Below, in pieces: positions 38,449-47,451 of a DNA stretch of 64,000 nucleotides; positions within the stretch are counted from its first letter, which is position 1; each line of letters begins with the position of its first letter. The position numbers and the translations under genes were made by a program. Where the stretch lies: the NCBI GenBank assembly GCA_044222475.1, contig JBGANF010000023.1, forward strand, positions 1 to 64,000, read 5' to 3'. The stretch comes from Polyangiaceae bacterium (GTDB taxonomy: Bacteria; Myxococcota_A; Polyangia; Polyangiales; Polyangiaceae). The notes below the pieces were generated by a model. The model ran no database searches. It was not told the origin of the DNA and was given only the letters and a program-made list of their open reading frames with translations.

Positions 38449-39186
38449 GTGCGCATCAGGCTCGCTGCAGCTCTCGTGGCGTCGGTCGTCGCCGGGTGCG
38501 GCGCCCGCACTGGCCTCGGGGTCGGCTCCGAGAGCACCACCGACGCATCCATCGCGTTCGACGCCGGGGACGCGAGCGATGCGAAGGACGCGGGCCGAGA
38601 CGTCGGCGCCGACGTCGCGCCGGACGTGGTCCCGGCGTGCCCCATCCCGTTCGGCGCCACGGTGAACGCGACGCTTCGAATGACGACCGACGACGCATAC
38701 GTCCTCTACGTCAACGGCGCGCTCATCGACGACGTGCCTCGGCTCTGGAGCAACCCGCAGACGTACGTCATCCCGATCTTCCGCCACCCCGGTCGGCGAA
38801 ACGCGATCGCGATCCAGGGGACCAACCAACAGAACACGACCGGTCCCGACCGTGGCATCGTCGCCGACGTGCGCTTCACGGCCGGGACGAGCGAGGCGCG
38901 CCTCGTGACCGACGGTGCCTGGCGACTGTCGACGGTCTTCGTCACGGGCTGGAGTGGTGCGGCCTTCGACGCGAGCGGCTGGGCGCCGGTCGTCGTCGAG
39001 GGCCCGTACGGGATGGCGCCGTGGGGCAACGTGTTCGGAACCCCGAGCACGGCGCGCTGGCTGTGGAGCTTCGACTCGAACCTCCCGGCGAATCAGAAGG
39101 TCGTGACCCAGACGATCTGGATCCATCGCGATTTCTACGTCGACATGGCGGGCAACGTGCGCGACACGCCGACGCCTTGTCCGTGA
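38449..39186 (+). CDS. Lipoprotein with beta-sandwich (carbohydrate-binding-like) domain
   Basis: VAGCGAR lipobox; TDDAYVLYVNG, NAIAI, TDGAWR, FDASGW, ARWLW pattern. Confidence 0.7.
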   Translation: MRIRLAAALVASVVAGCGARTGLGVGSESTTDASIAFDAGDASDAKDAGRDVGADVAPDVVPACPIPFGATVNATLRMTTDDAYVLYVNGALIDDVPRLWSNPQTYVIPIFRHPGRRNAIAIQGTNQQNTTGPDRGIVADVRFTAGTSEARLVTDGAWRLSTVFVTGWSGAAFDASGWAPVVVEGPYGMAPWGNVFGTPSTARWLWSFDSNLPANQKVVTQTIWIHRDFYVDMAGNVRDTPTPCP

Positions 39187-39217
39187 TCGGCCTCCGCCGA
39201 GTGCTATCCTCGTCTCG

Positions 39218-40159
39218 ATGGCTCGGCTGTTCCGGCTCGAAGCGAGCTTGGTCGTCGCGGCGGCGTTGATCGCGTGCGCGCACGCCGCGCCACCCGCACC
39301 GGTCGCCGAGGCACCGCTCGACCCGCCGCCCGACGCGATCACTCCGACTCCACCGAGCGCGACGGCGTGCGACGCGATCCGCGATCCGCACGTCGACGGC
39401 GCCTACTCGGTCGACGGCCTCGACGGAACGAAGCGCCGACCGATCGCGATCCTGGAGTCGACCGATCGCCGCGCCGGCAGCGACGACGGCTTCCAGCGCG
39501 TCACGCTCTACGAAGACGGGCACGTCGTCCTCCTCGAGTGGCGCGACGGAGCGTGGGTGCCCACCGAGGGACGGTCGGGGTTCGATGCCAAGAGTGTCTC
39601 GTGTCGAATCGCGAGCCGACTCGGAAGCGCGCCGGTGCGGACGATGCTCACGAGGGCGACCGATCAGCCCCACGTCTCGGTGGCCTACCGCGTCGGCGAC
39701 GCGTGGAGGACGGTGACCGTCGTCGGTCGATTGAACGCCAACGGGACGTACTCGGCGAACCCGCCTCCCGACGGATTCCTCGACGCCGTCGGCGATCTTC
39801 TCTCGCTCCCGATCGAGGGACGGCAGCCCTTCACCGCCGAGCAGTACTTCGTCACCTTCGTCGACGACGACTCACCTGGGCCGGTGGCCGTCGCGCCATG
39901 GCCGACCGACGTGCCGGCGCCCCCGGCGCTCGTCCCGGACGAGCGCTTCGTCGGACGCCCGCGAAGCTACTTCGTCCCGGCGTCCGCCGGAAAGCTGCTC
40001 CGTGCCTTCGCCCGCGAGCAGCGCGGCCCGGTGCTCACGCCCGACGGAGCGCGCGTGTTCTTGCGGGTCGAAAACGCGGTCCCGGACCGCGCGTACGTCG
40101 ATCACGTGCTCGCGTGCGCGCGCTGGGAGTCGCTCCCCTTCGAGGCGTGCACCCGCTGA
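39218..40159 (+). CDS. Hypothetical lipoprotein
   Basis: LIAC lipobox; Pro-rich linker; globular C-terminus. Confidence 0.65.
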   Translation: MARLFRLEASLVVAAALIACAHAAPPAPVAEAPLDPPPDAITPTPPSATACDAIRDPHVDGAYSVDGLDGTKRRPIAILESTDRRAGSDDGFQRVTLYEDGHVVLLEWRDGAWVPTEGRSGFDAKSVSCRIASRLGSAPVRTMLTRATDQPHVSVAYRVGDAWRTVTVVGRLNANGTYSANPPPDGFLDAVGDLLSLPIEGRQPFTAEQYFVTFVDDDSPGPVAVAPWPTDVPAPPALVPDERFVGRPRSYFVPASAGKLLRAFAREQRGPVLTPDGARVFLRVENAVPDRAYVDHVLACARWESLPFEACTR

Positions 40160-41316
40160 TCGCCGCGGAAGGCGACGCAGAACGCGACGAAGAAGGCCCA
40201 CATCCCCGCGAGGTGGAAGAGCATCACTGCACCGGACACCTTCTCGAAGAGCACGCTCGAGAGCGGCGGTCCGGCGAGCATGCCGAGCGCGTAGAACGCG
40301 TTGTAGAGCCCGTTCGCGCGGCTCAGATCCTCCTTCGCCACGAGGTGCCCCATGAGCGCGAGCGACAGCGGCGACAGAGACGCCAGCGTCGCCCCGGCGA
40401 CGAAGATCGCGCCGAGCATGATCGGCCACGAGTGGAGGTAGACGAAGCCGAGCGTCATCGTCATCCCGATCGCGGCGAGCACGGTCATCACCGCGAGGTG
40501 GCCGAGCCGATCGCCGATGCGACCCGCGAGGTTCGACGCGAGGAGCATGCCGGCGGCGAAGAACGCGGTCATCAGGATCGTGTCCTTCTCCTCCACCCCC
40601 TTCGACTTCACGAGGTAGAGCGGGAGAAACAGCACGACCGACGCCTGGAAATACCCGTAGCTGAACGTCGCTAGGCAGGCGGTCTTGATCCGGTACAGGA
40701 CCGAGAAGGCGGACTCCTTCGCGGCGCCGCCAAAGGCCGTGTGCTCGCTCGCGCCCGCGGCGTTCGCGCGCAGCAACGTCGCGGCGACGAGGAACGCGAG
40801 CGCGGCGATCCCGGCAGCGAAGAAGAAGACGAGCCGGTAGTCCTGATGGATGACCCCGGCGAGGGCGCGCGCGAGCGCCGAGCCGACGATGTACCCGACC
40901 GCGATGCTCATGGCGTAGAGGCTCGTGACGAACGCCTTGTGCTTCGGCTCCGCGCGCGAGAGGAGGATCGTCTCACACGCGACCCACGCGCCGACCGATG
41001 CGGCGCCGTCGAGGACGCGCACCGCCGACGCGCCGAAGTACGTCCGCTGCAGGCCGAAAACGCCGACCGCGACGACGTACGCCGCGAGCGCGATCAAGAG
41101 CGTGCGCTTCGCCGAGAACCGTCGGATCAGCGCGCCGGCCGGGATGGACATCGCCACGATCCCACCGGCGAACCACGACGCGAGCGTCCCCATCTCGCCT
41201 TTGCTGAAGTTCGCGTGATCGAGGAACAGAGGCGTGACCGCGAGCGACGACCCATACGCGACGCCGAGGAGGAAGATCGTCGCGTAGACGACGAGGATGT
41301 CGCGATCCCGAATCAC
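40102..41316 (-). CDS. MFS transporter
   Basis: About 12 TM helices; motif A-like GALIRRFSAKR and GRIGDRLG; GTGA overlap with the ABC-F stop. Confidence 0.9.
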   Translation of the reverse strand: MIRDRDILVVYATIFLLGVAYGSSLAVTPLFLDHANFSKGEMGTLASWFAGGIVAMSIPAGALIRRFSAKRTLLIALAAYVVAVGVFGLQRTYFGASAVRVLDGAASVGAWVACETILLSRAEPKHKAFVTSLYAMSIAVGYIVGSALARALAGVIHQDYRLVFFFAAGIAALAFLVAATLLRANAAGASEHTAFGGAAKESAFSVLYRIKTACLATFSYGYFQASVVLFLPLYLVKSKGVEEKDTILMTAFFAAGMLLASNLAGRIGDRLGHLAVMTVLAAIGMTMTLGFVYLHSWPIMLGAIFVAGATLASLSPLSLALMGHLVAKEDLSRANGLYNAFYALGMLAGPPLSSVLFEKVSGAVMLFHLAGMWAFFVAFCVAFRGDQRVHASKGSDSQRAHAST

Positions 41317-43229
41317 GACGCGAGCTCCTTCTCGAGCGCGTCCCACTTTTCCATCAGCTCGTCGATCTTGGGCCCCAGCGCCTGCTCTTCGGCCTGGAGC
41401 GCCGCGACCTCGGCCGGCGGAGTCTTCTCGAAGAAGCCGGGCTCGCAGAAGCGTGCGAGGATCGCCGCCTTGCGCGCCTCGGCGTCCTCGATCGCTTTCC
41501 ACGCCGCGTCACGAAGCGCGGGGAGCTGCTTCTTTCGGTTTTTCCGCTTCTTCTCCTCTTCCCAGGAGAGCGCGGCGTCGCGCGGTTTCTCCTTGGACTC
41601 GCGCTCGGCCTTGGCGCGGAGGACGACGGCATCGACGTCGAGGTGATCGTCGCCGCGGCGCGCGAGGTACTCCTCGTACGTCCCGGGGAAATCCTGAAAG
41701 CCGCGCTCGTTCACCTCCAAGATGCGGGTCGCGAGCGCCGACACGAACGCGCGGTCGTGCGAGACGAAGAGGATCGCTCCTTCGAACGCGCGCAGAGCCT
41801 CGACGAGCGCGTGGATCGCCTCGAGGTCGAGGTGGTTCGTCGGCTCGTCGAGGACGAGGACGTTCGGGTGCGCGACCGCGATCGAGCAGAAGACGAGCCG
41901 AGCGGCTTCGCCGCCCGACAGCGAGCCGACCTTCTTCGTGACGTCGGCGCCGGAGAAGAGCAAGCGGCCGAGCTGGCCGCGAACCCAGCTCGTCGCCTCG
42001 GTCGGGACGATGTTCCACACGACGTCGAGCGGCGTCGTCTCCGGATCGCCGAGGATTTCGTGGTGGTCCTGGGGGAAGTACCCGACCCGTGTCTCGTGTC
42101 CCCACTTCACGCTGCCGCGGTCGGCGTCGAGGTTTCCGGTGGCGATCTTGAGCAGCGTCGACTTGCCCAACCCGTTGGGGCCGATGATCGCGACCCGCTC
42201 TCCGCGGCGCACGGTGAGTGACACGTTCTCGAGGACGCGCTTTTCGCCGAAGCTCTTCGACACCGAGTCGATCGTCAGGACGTCGCGGCCGCTCGGACGT
42301 AGCGGAGTGAACTGGAACATCGGCGCGCGGCGCGACGAATCTTCGAGCTCCTCGATCTCGATCTTCTCGATCTGCTTCAGGCGGCTCTGCGCCTGACTCG
42401 CCTTGGTCGCCTTGGCGCCGAAGCGCTCGACCCATGCGCGCTTCTCCGCGACGACCGCCTCGGCGCGGGCGATCTCGGCTTCTTTGCGGGCGCGCACCGC
42501 CGCCTTCTCCGCCACGAACGCGCGGTAGTTTCCGGGGTAGGCGGTGATCGTCCCGTAGTCGACGTCGAGGATGTGGGTCGAGATCTCGTCGAGGAAGCGC
42601 TCGTCGTGCGAGATCACGACCGCGCACCCTTGGTACGCGCCGAGGAACTGCTCGAGCCAGCGAATGGAGAGGATGTCGAGGTGGTTGGTCGGCTCGTCGA
42701 GGAGGAGCACGTCGGGCCCACCGAGGAGGACCTGGGCCAGGAGTACGCGCAGCTTGAACCCGCCCGACAGCGTCGCGAGCGGTTGGCGATGCACGCGCAT
42801 CGGGATCCCGAGCCCTTCGAGGATCGCCGTCGCGCGCGCTTCGAGCGTGTAGCCGTCATGAGCCGCGATCGTGTCTTCGAGCTCGGCGAGGCGAGCGGCA
42901 TCGGGCGACGACGCGGACATGATCCGCTCTTGCTCCGCCTTCGCCGCGGTGACGACCTCGTCGCCCGCCATCGCGACCTCGAGGATCGGCTGCGCGTCGC
43001 TGAGGAAGCGATCTTGGCGGAGCACGCCGACCCGCGCGCCCTTCGCGATCGTGACGCTGCCGTCCGTCGCGGGCTCGTCGCCTGCCACGATCTCGAGGAA
43101 GGTCGTCTTGCCGGATCCGTTCGCGCCCACGAGCCCGTAGCGCGCGCCGCGGACGAGCTTGAGCGACACGTCGGCGAAGAGCGTCCGCGCGCCGTACGAT
43201 TTCTCGAGCTTCTGGACCTCGATGCTCAT
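41313..43229 (-). CDS. ABC-F family ATPase
   Basis: Two NBDs (GANGSGKT/LSGG/LDEPTNHLD and GPNGLGKS/LSGGE/LDEPTNHLD), no TM, C-terminal coiled coil. Confidence 0.96.
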   Translation of the reverse strand: MSIEVQKLEKSYGARTLFADVSLKLVRGARYGLVGANGSGKTTFLEIVAGDEPATDGSVTIAKGARVGVLRQDRFLSDAQPILEVAMAGDEVVTAAKAEQERIMSASSPDAARLAELEDTIAAHDGYTLEARATAILEGLGIPMRVHRQPLATLSGGFKLRVLLAQVLLGGPDVLLLDEPTNHLDILSIRWLEQFLGAYQGCAVVISHDERFLDEISTHILDVDYGTITAYPGNYRAFVAEKAAVRARKEAEIARAEAVVAEKRAWVERFGAKATKASQAQSRLKQIEKIEIEELEDSSRRAPMFQFTPLRPSGRDVLTIDSVSKSFGEKRVLENVSLTVRRGERVAIIGPNGLGKSTLLKIATGNLDADRGSVKWGHETRVGYFPQDHHEILGDPETTPLDVVWNIVPTEATSWVRGQLGRLLFSGADVTKKVGSLSGGEAARLVFCSIAVAHPNVLVLDEPTNHLDLEAIHALVEALRAFEGAILFVSHDRAFVSALATRILEVNERGFQDFPGTYEEYLARRGDDHLDVDAVVLRAKAERESKEKPRDAALSWEEEKKRKNRKKQLPALRDAAWKAIEDAEARKAAILARFCEPGFFEKTPPAEVAALQAEEQALGPKIDELMEKWDALEKELAS

Positions 43230-43281
43230 GTCGCGGGGACTCGAAGTAGCACGGCAAGGGGGTATCCTGCTCGCCTGCTCC

Positions 43282-44142
43282 ATGGACCTCGCCTCTCGCT
43301 CGCGTGCCGCTCGGATCGGCTTCGTCGTCGCGCTCGTCGCGCTCGTCGCGTGTCGTGACAAGGCGAGCTCGGGCTCATCCGCGGCCCCGTCGGCGTCTGC
43401 GAGCGCTCGCGCCGGGGTTCTCGTCAAGCGCCCGAAGGCTTCACCCAGTGCAGTCGTCGACCGATGGAACGAAGCCCACACCAAGCACGATGCCGCTGCG
43501 CTCGCGTCACTCTACGGCGCGCGCGTCCAGTTCTACGGAAAGTCCGTCGCGAACGCCGACTGCGTGGCCGCGAAGAAGAAGGCTCTCGCCGCGGATCCGA
43601 CCTACACGCAGTCCATCCGTGACCTTCGGCTCATCACGCCGCCCAAGGGCGGCTCGGTCACGAGCGCCCGCTTCGTCAAGATCAGCACGAGCCGCGGCAA
43701 GAGCACCGAGTACCCGTCGACCCTGATCATCGATGGCAACGGGTTGATCATCGGCGAGACCGACGACGTCACCGACAAGAACCTGAGCGACATGATCGTC
43801 GCGACCTACGACTGGTGCCTGGACGACGATGAGCGAGAGCCGAACGAGAAGCTGAAGCCGCCGTTCGAGATCACCGCGAAGCGCGCGCTCGCGGGTCTCG
43901 TCGCGAGCAAGACGTTCGCCACCCGCGCAGCGTCGGTCCCTGCGGGTCACGGCTACGGGATCGACGGCATCCAATGCCCCATGAGCTGCGACCGCGCCGC
44001 AGGCACGTGCAGCTACGACTTCCGCGTCGTCGACCCCGCGTTGACGGGATCGTCCCGCCTCGTCGATTGGCTCCACGTCGACGCGGTGAACGGCACGATC
44101 ACGAGAGAGGGAGCTGCAGGCTCGGAGCCCCTGCCGCCGTGA
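43282..44142 (+). CDS. Lipoprotein with NTF2-like domain
   Basis: LVAC lipobox; VVDRWNEAHTKHDAAALASLY NTF2/SnoaL-like start. Confidence 0.65.
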   Translation: MDLASRSRAARIGFVVALVALVACRDKASSGSSAAPSASASARAGVLVKRPKASPSAVVDRWNEAHTKHDAAALASLYGARVQFYGKSVANADCVAAKKKALAADPTYTQSIRDLRLITPPKGGSVTSARFVKISTSRGKSTEYPSTLIIDGNGLIIGETDDVTDKNLSDMIVATYDWCLDDDEREPNEKLKPPFEITAKRALAGLVASKTFATRAASVPAGHGYGIDGIQCPMSCDRAAGTCSYDFRVVDPALTGSSRLVDWLHVDAVNGTITREGAAGSEPLPP

Positions 44143-44159
44143 GTGCTATGGTAAGCCGA

Positions 44160-44933
44160 ATGCGCGCGCCCTTCGTCGCTTGTGCCCTGATGTTCGTCGT
44201 CGCGTGTGGAGCGAGCGATCCGCCAGCGCAGGACCCGAGCGACGCATCGACCGACCTCGGTACGGCGACCGACGGGCCGGCCACCGTCGACGCGCGCGCC
44301 GACGGCGCGAGCGACGGGGTCGCGCCACCGCCGGATGCGTCGTCGCTCGTCGACGATCTCCTCGCAAAGGTTGCAACCTGCAAACAAGTGTCGGCGGGAA
44401 AATTCAAGACCGACGACCAGACGAACCTGCCGGAGAACATCCCGATCTGCGGGCTGGTCGGCGCCGTGTTCTGGCAAGCCGACATGGACATCGACTGCGA
44501 CGGCAAGACGACCGCGCAGTGCAACTCGACGACCGACCCGTCGTACCAGAACCAGACCGCCGCGACCGACTCGCAGGGGAACCCGCTCGACGCCGCTGCG
44601 CTGCCGTACGTCGTCATCCCCAGCAACGGCACGCGGTTCAACTACACGAACGCGGGGCTCAAGATGGGCAGCGTCGTCCTCGTCATCTATGGGGGAAAGA
44701 TCGAGTACGGCATCCTCGGTGACACGGGCCCGACGAACATCATCGGAGAAGCCTCGTACGCGATGGCGAAGAACCTCGGGATCAACCCGGACCCGAAGGT
44801 CGGCGGCGTCGACAAGGGCGTGACGTACATCGCGTTCACCGGCACCGCAGCGGTCGTGAAGAAGAAGGAGGACCACGCCGAGGCGGTCACCCTCGGTGGA
44901 ACGCTGACCGCCGACCTTCTGAAGAACAACTAG
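44160..44933 (+). CDS. Glycoside hydrolase family 75 chitosanase, lipoprotein
   Basis: VVAC lipobox; ADMDIDCDG, LDA..LPYVVIP, GDTGP..IIGEAS GH75 motifs. Confidence 0.88.
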   Translation: MRAPFVACALMFVVACGASDPPAQDPSDASTDLGTATDGPATVDARADGASDGVAPPPDASSLVDDLLAKVATCKQVSAGKFKTDDQTNLPENIPICGLVGAVFWQADMDIDCDGKTTAQCNSTTDPSYQNQTAATDSQGNPLDAAALPYVVIPSNGTRFNYTNAGLKMGSVVLVIYGGKIEYGILGDTGPTNIIGEASYAMAKNLGINPDPKVGGVDKGVTYIAFTGTAAVVKKKEDHAEAVTLGGTLTADLLKNN

Positions 44934-45079
44934 CTAGCTCGCTAGCGCAGGCTTCGGACGGCGCGCTTCGGTCGCGAGCTTCGTCGGACGCAAGGTGGTT
45001 GCGTCGGGCGGTTTCTTCGAGGTCTCGCCGCTGCGGCGGGACCCGGTCGAAGCACGCGACTGACGCGTCGAACTAGTCG

Positions 45080-45940
45080 TCACTCCGCGCTGGCAACCAC
45101 GAGCGCAGCCGCGACCCACGTGGGGCGCGGCGCCGGAAGCACGTCCGAGTAGTCCACGAGGGTGAGCGCGCGCTGCTCGAACGAGACGGAACCGCGCGCG
45201 CGCAGGAGGTGAGCCAACACCGGCCCCGAGTCGCGGAAGTCCGAGCGATGGAGGCTCGCGAGCCGCTGGAACCCCGCGTAGTCGCCGGCGGCGAGCGCCG
45301 CCGTCTGCTCGTCGATCGACCCACGGACCCACGCCAAGGTCTCGGGCGACGCCGCGTCGCGCGCGACCGCGGGCTCGGTACCGTAGCCGACGCCGTGGTG
45401 CACCGCGTCGGTGGTGGCGACGAGGGCGCAGCCGGAGTCGGCGAGCTTCGCCAAGGCGTCGATCCCGGGAAGCGACCCCGGATCGTCGCCGACGAGGAAC
45501 GGGTAGCGCGACAGAATCGCCGGCGAGGACCGACCGGCGCGACGCGCGGCGATCTCGAGGAGCGCGGCGAAGCCATCGAGCGAGAACTCCTCGGCCCAGT
45601 GGGGCTCGTCGGTGATCCGTTCACCATGCACGCGTCTGAGCTTCTTCGCTGCCGCCGAGTCGCCGAGGCGCGCCGACTCCACCAGGGCGCGATCCTCGAT
45701 GCGCGCGCCGTGGAGCACGCCGATCGCGAGCACTCGGTCGGCACCGGATGCGACCACCGCGTTCGCCACCGCGGCGACATGCTCACCCGAGAGCGTGAGC
45801 CGCGTGTGCGGAAACACGAGCGCACCGCGCTGGGGGAGTCTCACATCGGGAGCGCGATCGAGGAGCGCCGAGAGCCCGCGCTCCCCGAGGGTCGCGCGCT
45901 CCTCCGCGTACCAGCTCTTCCATGCGCTCGCGGTCCACAC
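45080..45940 (-). CDS. Memo-like (AmmeMemoRadiSam protein B / LigB-fold) protein, divergent
   Basis: FPH...SG, IGVLHG, EEFSL, VATTDAVHHG align by eye to Memo motifs (PHAG, GPxH, EHSxE, SSDxSH). Confidence 0.55.
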   Translation of the reverse strand: MWTASAWKSWYAEERATLGERGLSALLDRAPDVRLPQRGALVFPHTRLTLSGEHVAAVANAVVASGADRVLAIGVLHGARIEDRALVESARLGDSAAAKKLRRVHGERITDEPHWAEEFSLDGFAALLEIAARRAGRSSPAILSRYPFLVGDDPGSLPGIDALAKLADSGCALVATTDAVHHGVGYGTEPAVARDAASPETLAWVRGSIDEQTAALAAGDYAGFQRLASLHRSDFRDSGPVLAHLLRARGSVSFEQRALTLVDYSDVLPAPRPTWVAAALVVASAE

Positions 45941-45952
45941 GATCGTCGCTCC

Positions 45953-46735
45953 TCACTTCCCCGTGAAGCGCGCTTCGCGTCGCTCCACGAACGACGCCAC
46001 CCCTTCTCGCGCGTCCTCGCTCGCCAGCAGCTTCTGCAGGTCGGGGAAGAGCCGCTCCTTCGCGGCCGACTGTCCTTCGCGCTCGACCAACGACGACGAG
46101 GCGATCACCGCTTGAACCGCGAGGGGTGCCTGCTTCGCGATCCGATGCGCGATCTCCTTCGCGCGCCCGAGGAGCGCCTCCGGGGCGACGACCTCGCTCA
46201 CGAGCCCGAGCCCGAGCGCCTCGTTCGCGGTCATCGCGTCTCCGGTGAGCATCCATCGCATGGCGTTGCTCCACCCGATCTCACGGTGCATGCGGAGCGT
46301 CGCGCCGCCGAACGGATAGATCCCGCGCTTGACCTCCAGCTGCGCCATCGAGAGCGTCGACGCCGCGATGCGGACGTCGGACGCGAGCAGGAGCTCGAAG
46401 CCGATCGTGTAGCAGATGCCTTGGACGGCGCAGACGATCGGCTTGCGCACGCGAGGAGTGAACACGCCGACCGGATCGAGCCCGCCGTCCTTCACTGGCA
46501 GCGCGCCGCCGGTGATGACCGAGCTCCAGTCGACGAGGTCGAGGCCGGCGGTGAAGTGCTCGCCATGGGCATGGAGCACGCCGCAGAAGAGATCGGGATC
46601 GCGGTCGAGCTCGGCGTACGCGAGGCCGAGGCGCTCGTACGCCTCGACGGTGAACGCGTTGCGCTTCTTGGGGCGGTTGATGCCGATCAGGAGCACGTGC
46701 CCGTCGCGCTCTACGGTGATGGGGGCGTCGCTCAT
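45953..46735 (-). CDS. Enoyl-CoA hydratase/crotonase family protein
   Basis: NRPKKRNA, FTAGLDL, KPIVCAVQG, ELLLASD, EVKRGI, GLVSEVV. Confidence 0.93.
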   Translation of the reverse strand: MSDAPITVERDGHVLLIGINRPKKRNAFTVEAYERLGLAYAELDRDPDLFCGVLHAHGEHFTAGLDLVDWSSVITGGALPVKDGGLDPVGVFTPRVRKPIVCAVQGICYTIGFELLLASDVRIAASTLSMAQLEVKRGIYPFGGATLRMHREIGWSNAMRWMLTGDAMTANEALGLGLVSEVVAPEALLGRAKEIAHRIAKQAPLAVQAVIASSSLVEREGQSAAKERLFPDLQKLLASEDAREGVASFVERREARFTGK

Positions 46736-46754
46736 CGCCCCACGATACAACCCC

Positions 46755-46788
46755 TTGACACCCGCGGACGGAATGAATATTCATTCCG
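46755..46788. promoter_or_regulatory. Promoter (-35 TTGACA) overlapped by a perfect 20-bp palindromic operator
   Basis: TTGACA at 46755-46760; CGGAATGAATATTCATTCCG at 46769-46788, in the divergent crotonase/tetR gap. Confidence 0.85.
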
Positions 46789-46790
46789 GT

Positions 46791-47384
46791 GTGACGGCAG
46801 CCCAATCCCCCCACGTCGACGACAAGCGCGAGGCCATCCTCGGCGCTGCGCTCGAGCTCTTCGCGGATCGGGGCTTCCACGGCACGGCCGTCCCGGAGAT
46901 CGCCGAGCGGGCGGGCGTCGGGGCCGGCACGATCTACCGTCATTTCGCCAGCAAAGAGGCGATCGTCAACGCCCTCTACCAGCGCTGGAAGACGTCACTC
47001 GGCGGAGCCCTCATCGGCGATTTCCCCTACGATCAGCCGGCCCGCGTCCAGTTCGATCACTTCGTGTCGCACGTGTTTTCGTTCGCCCGAAAGCACCCGG
47101 CGGCGTTGAAGTTCCTCGAGCAACACCACCACTCCACGTACCTCGACGACGAGAGCCGCGCTCTCGAAGCTCGGCTCCTCGAACCCGCACGCGCGTTTTT
47201 CGAGCTCCAGAGCCGCGCGAAAGTCGTGCGAAAAGCCCCGGTCGAGGTCCTCTTCGCCCTCACGTGGGGCGGCATCATGGGCGTCGTCCGCGCCGCCTGG
47301 GAGGGCTACGTCGAGCTCGACGCGAAGATCGAGCAGCAGGCCGCCGACGCCATCTGGGATGCGATCCGTCGTCCCCACACCTGA
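46791..47384 (+). CDS. TetR/AcrR family transcriptional regulator
   Basis: REAILGAALELFADRGFHGTAVPEIAERAGVGAGTIYRHFASKE HTH. Start is GTG 46791 (or ATG 46773). Confidence 0.95.
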   Translation: MTAAQSPHVDDKREAILGAALELFADRGFHGTAVPEIAERAGVGAGTIYRHFASKEAIVNALYQRWKTSLGGALIGDFPYDQPARVQFDHFVSHVFSFARKHPAALKFLEQHHHSTYLDDESRALEARLLEPARAFFELQSRAKVVRKAPVEVLFALTWGGIMGVVRAAWEGYVELDAKIEQQAADAIWDAIRRPHT

Positions 47385-47402
47385 TTTTTTTTGCCCACAA
47401 CC

Positions 47403-47420
47403 GGAATGAACGTTCATTCC
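47403..47420. promoter_or_regulatory. Second TetR-type operator
   Basis: Perfect palindrome GGAATGAACGTTCATTCC with the same half-sites as 46770-46787, upstream of the SDR gene. Confidence 0.85.
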
Positions 47421-47451
47421 TGCTTTCACCCATTCCTCAAGGAGACCCGTC

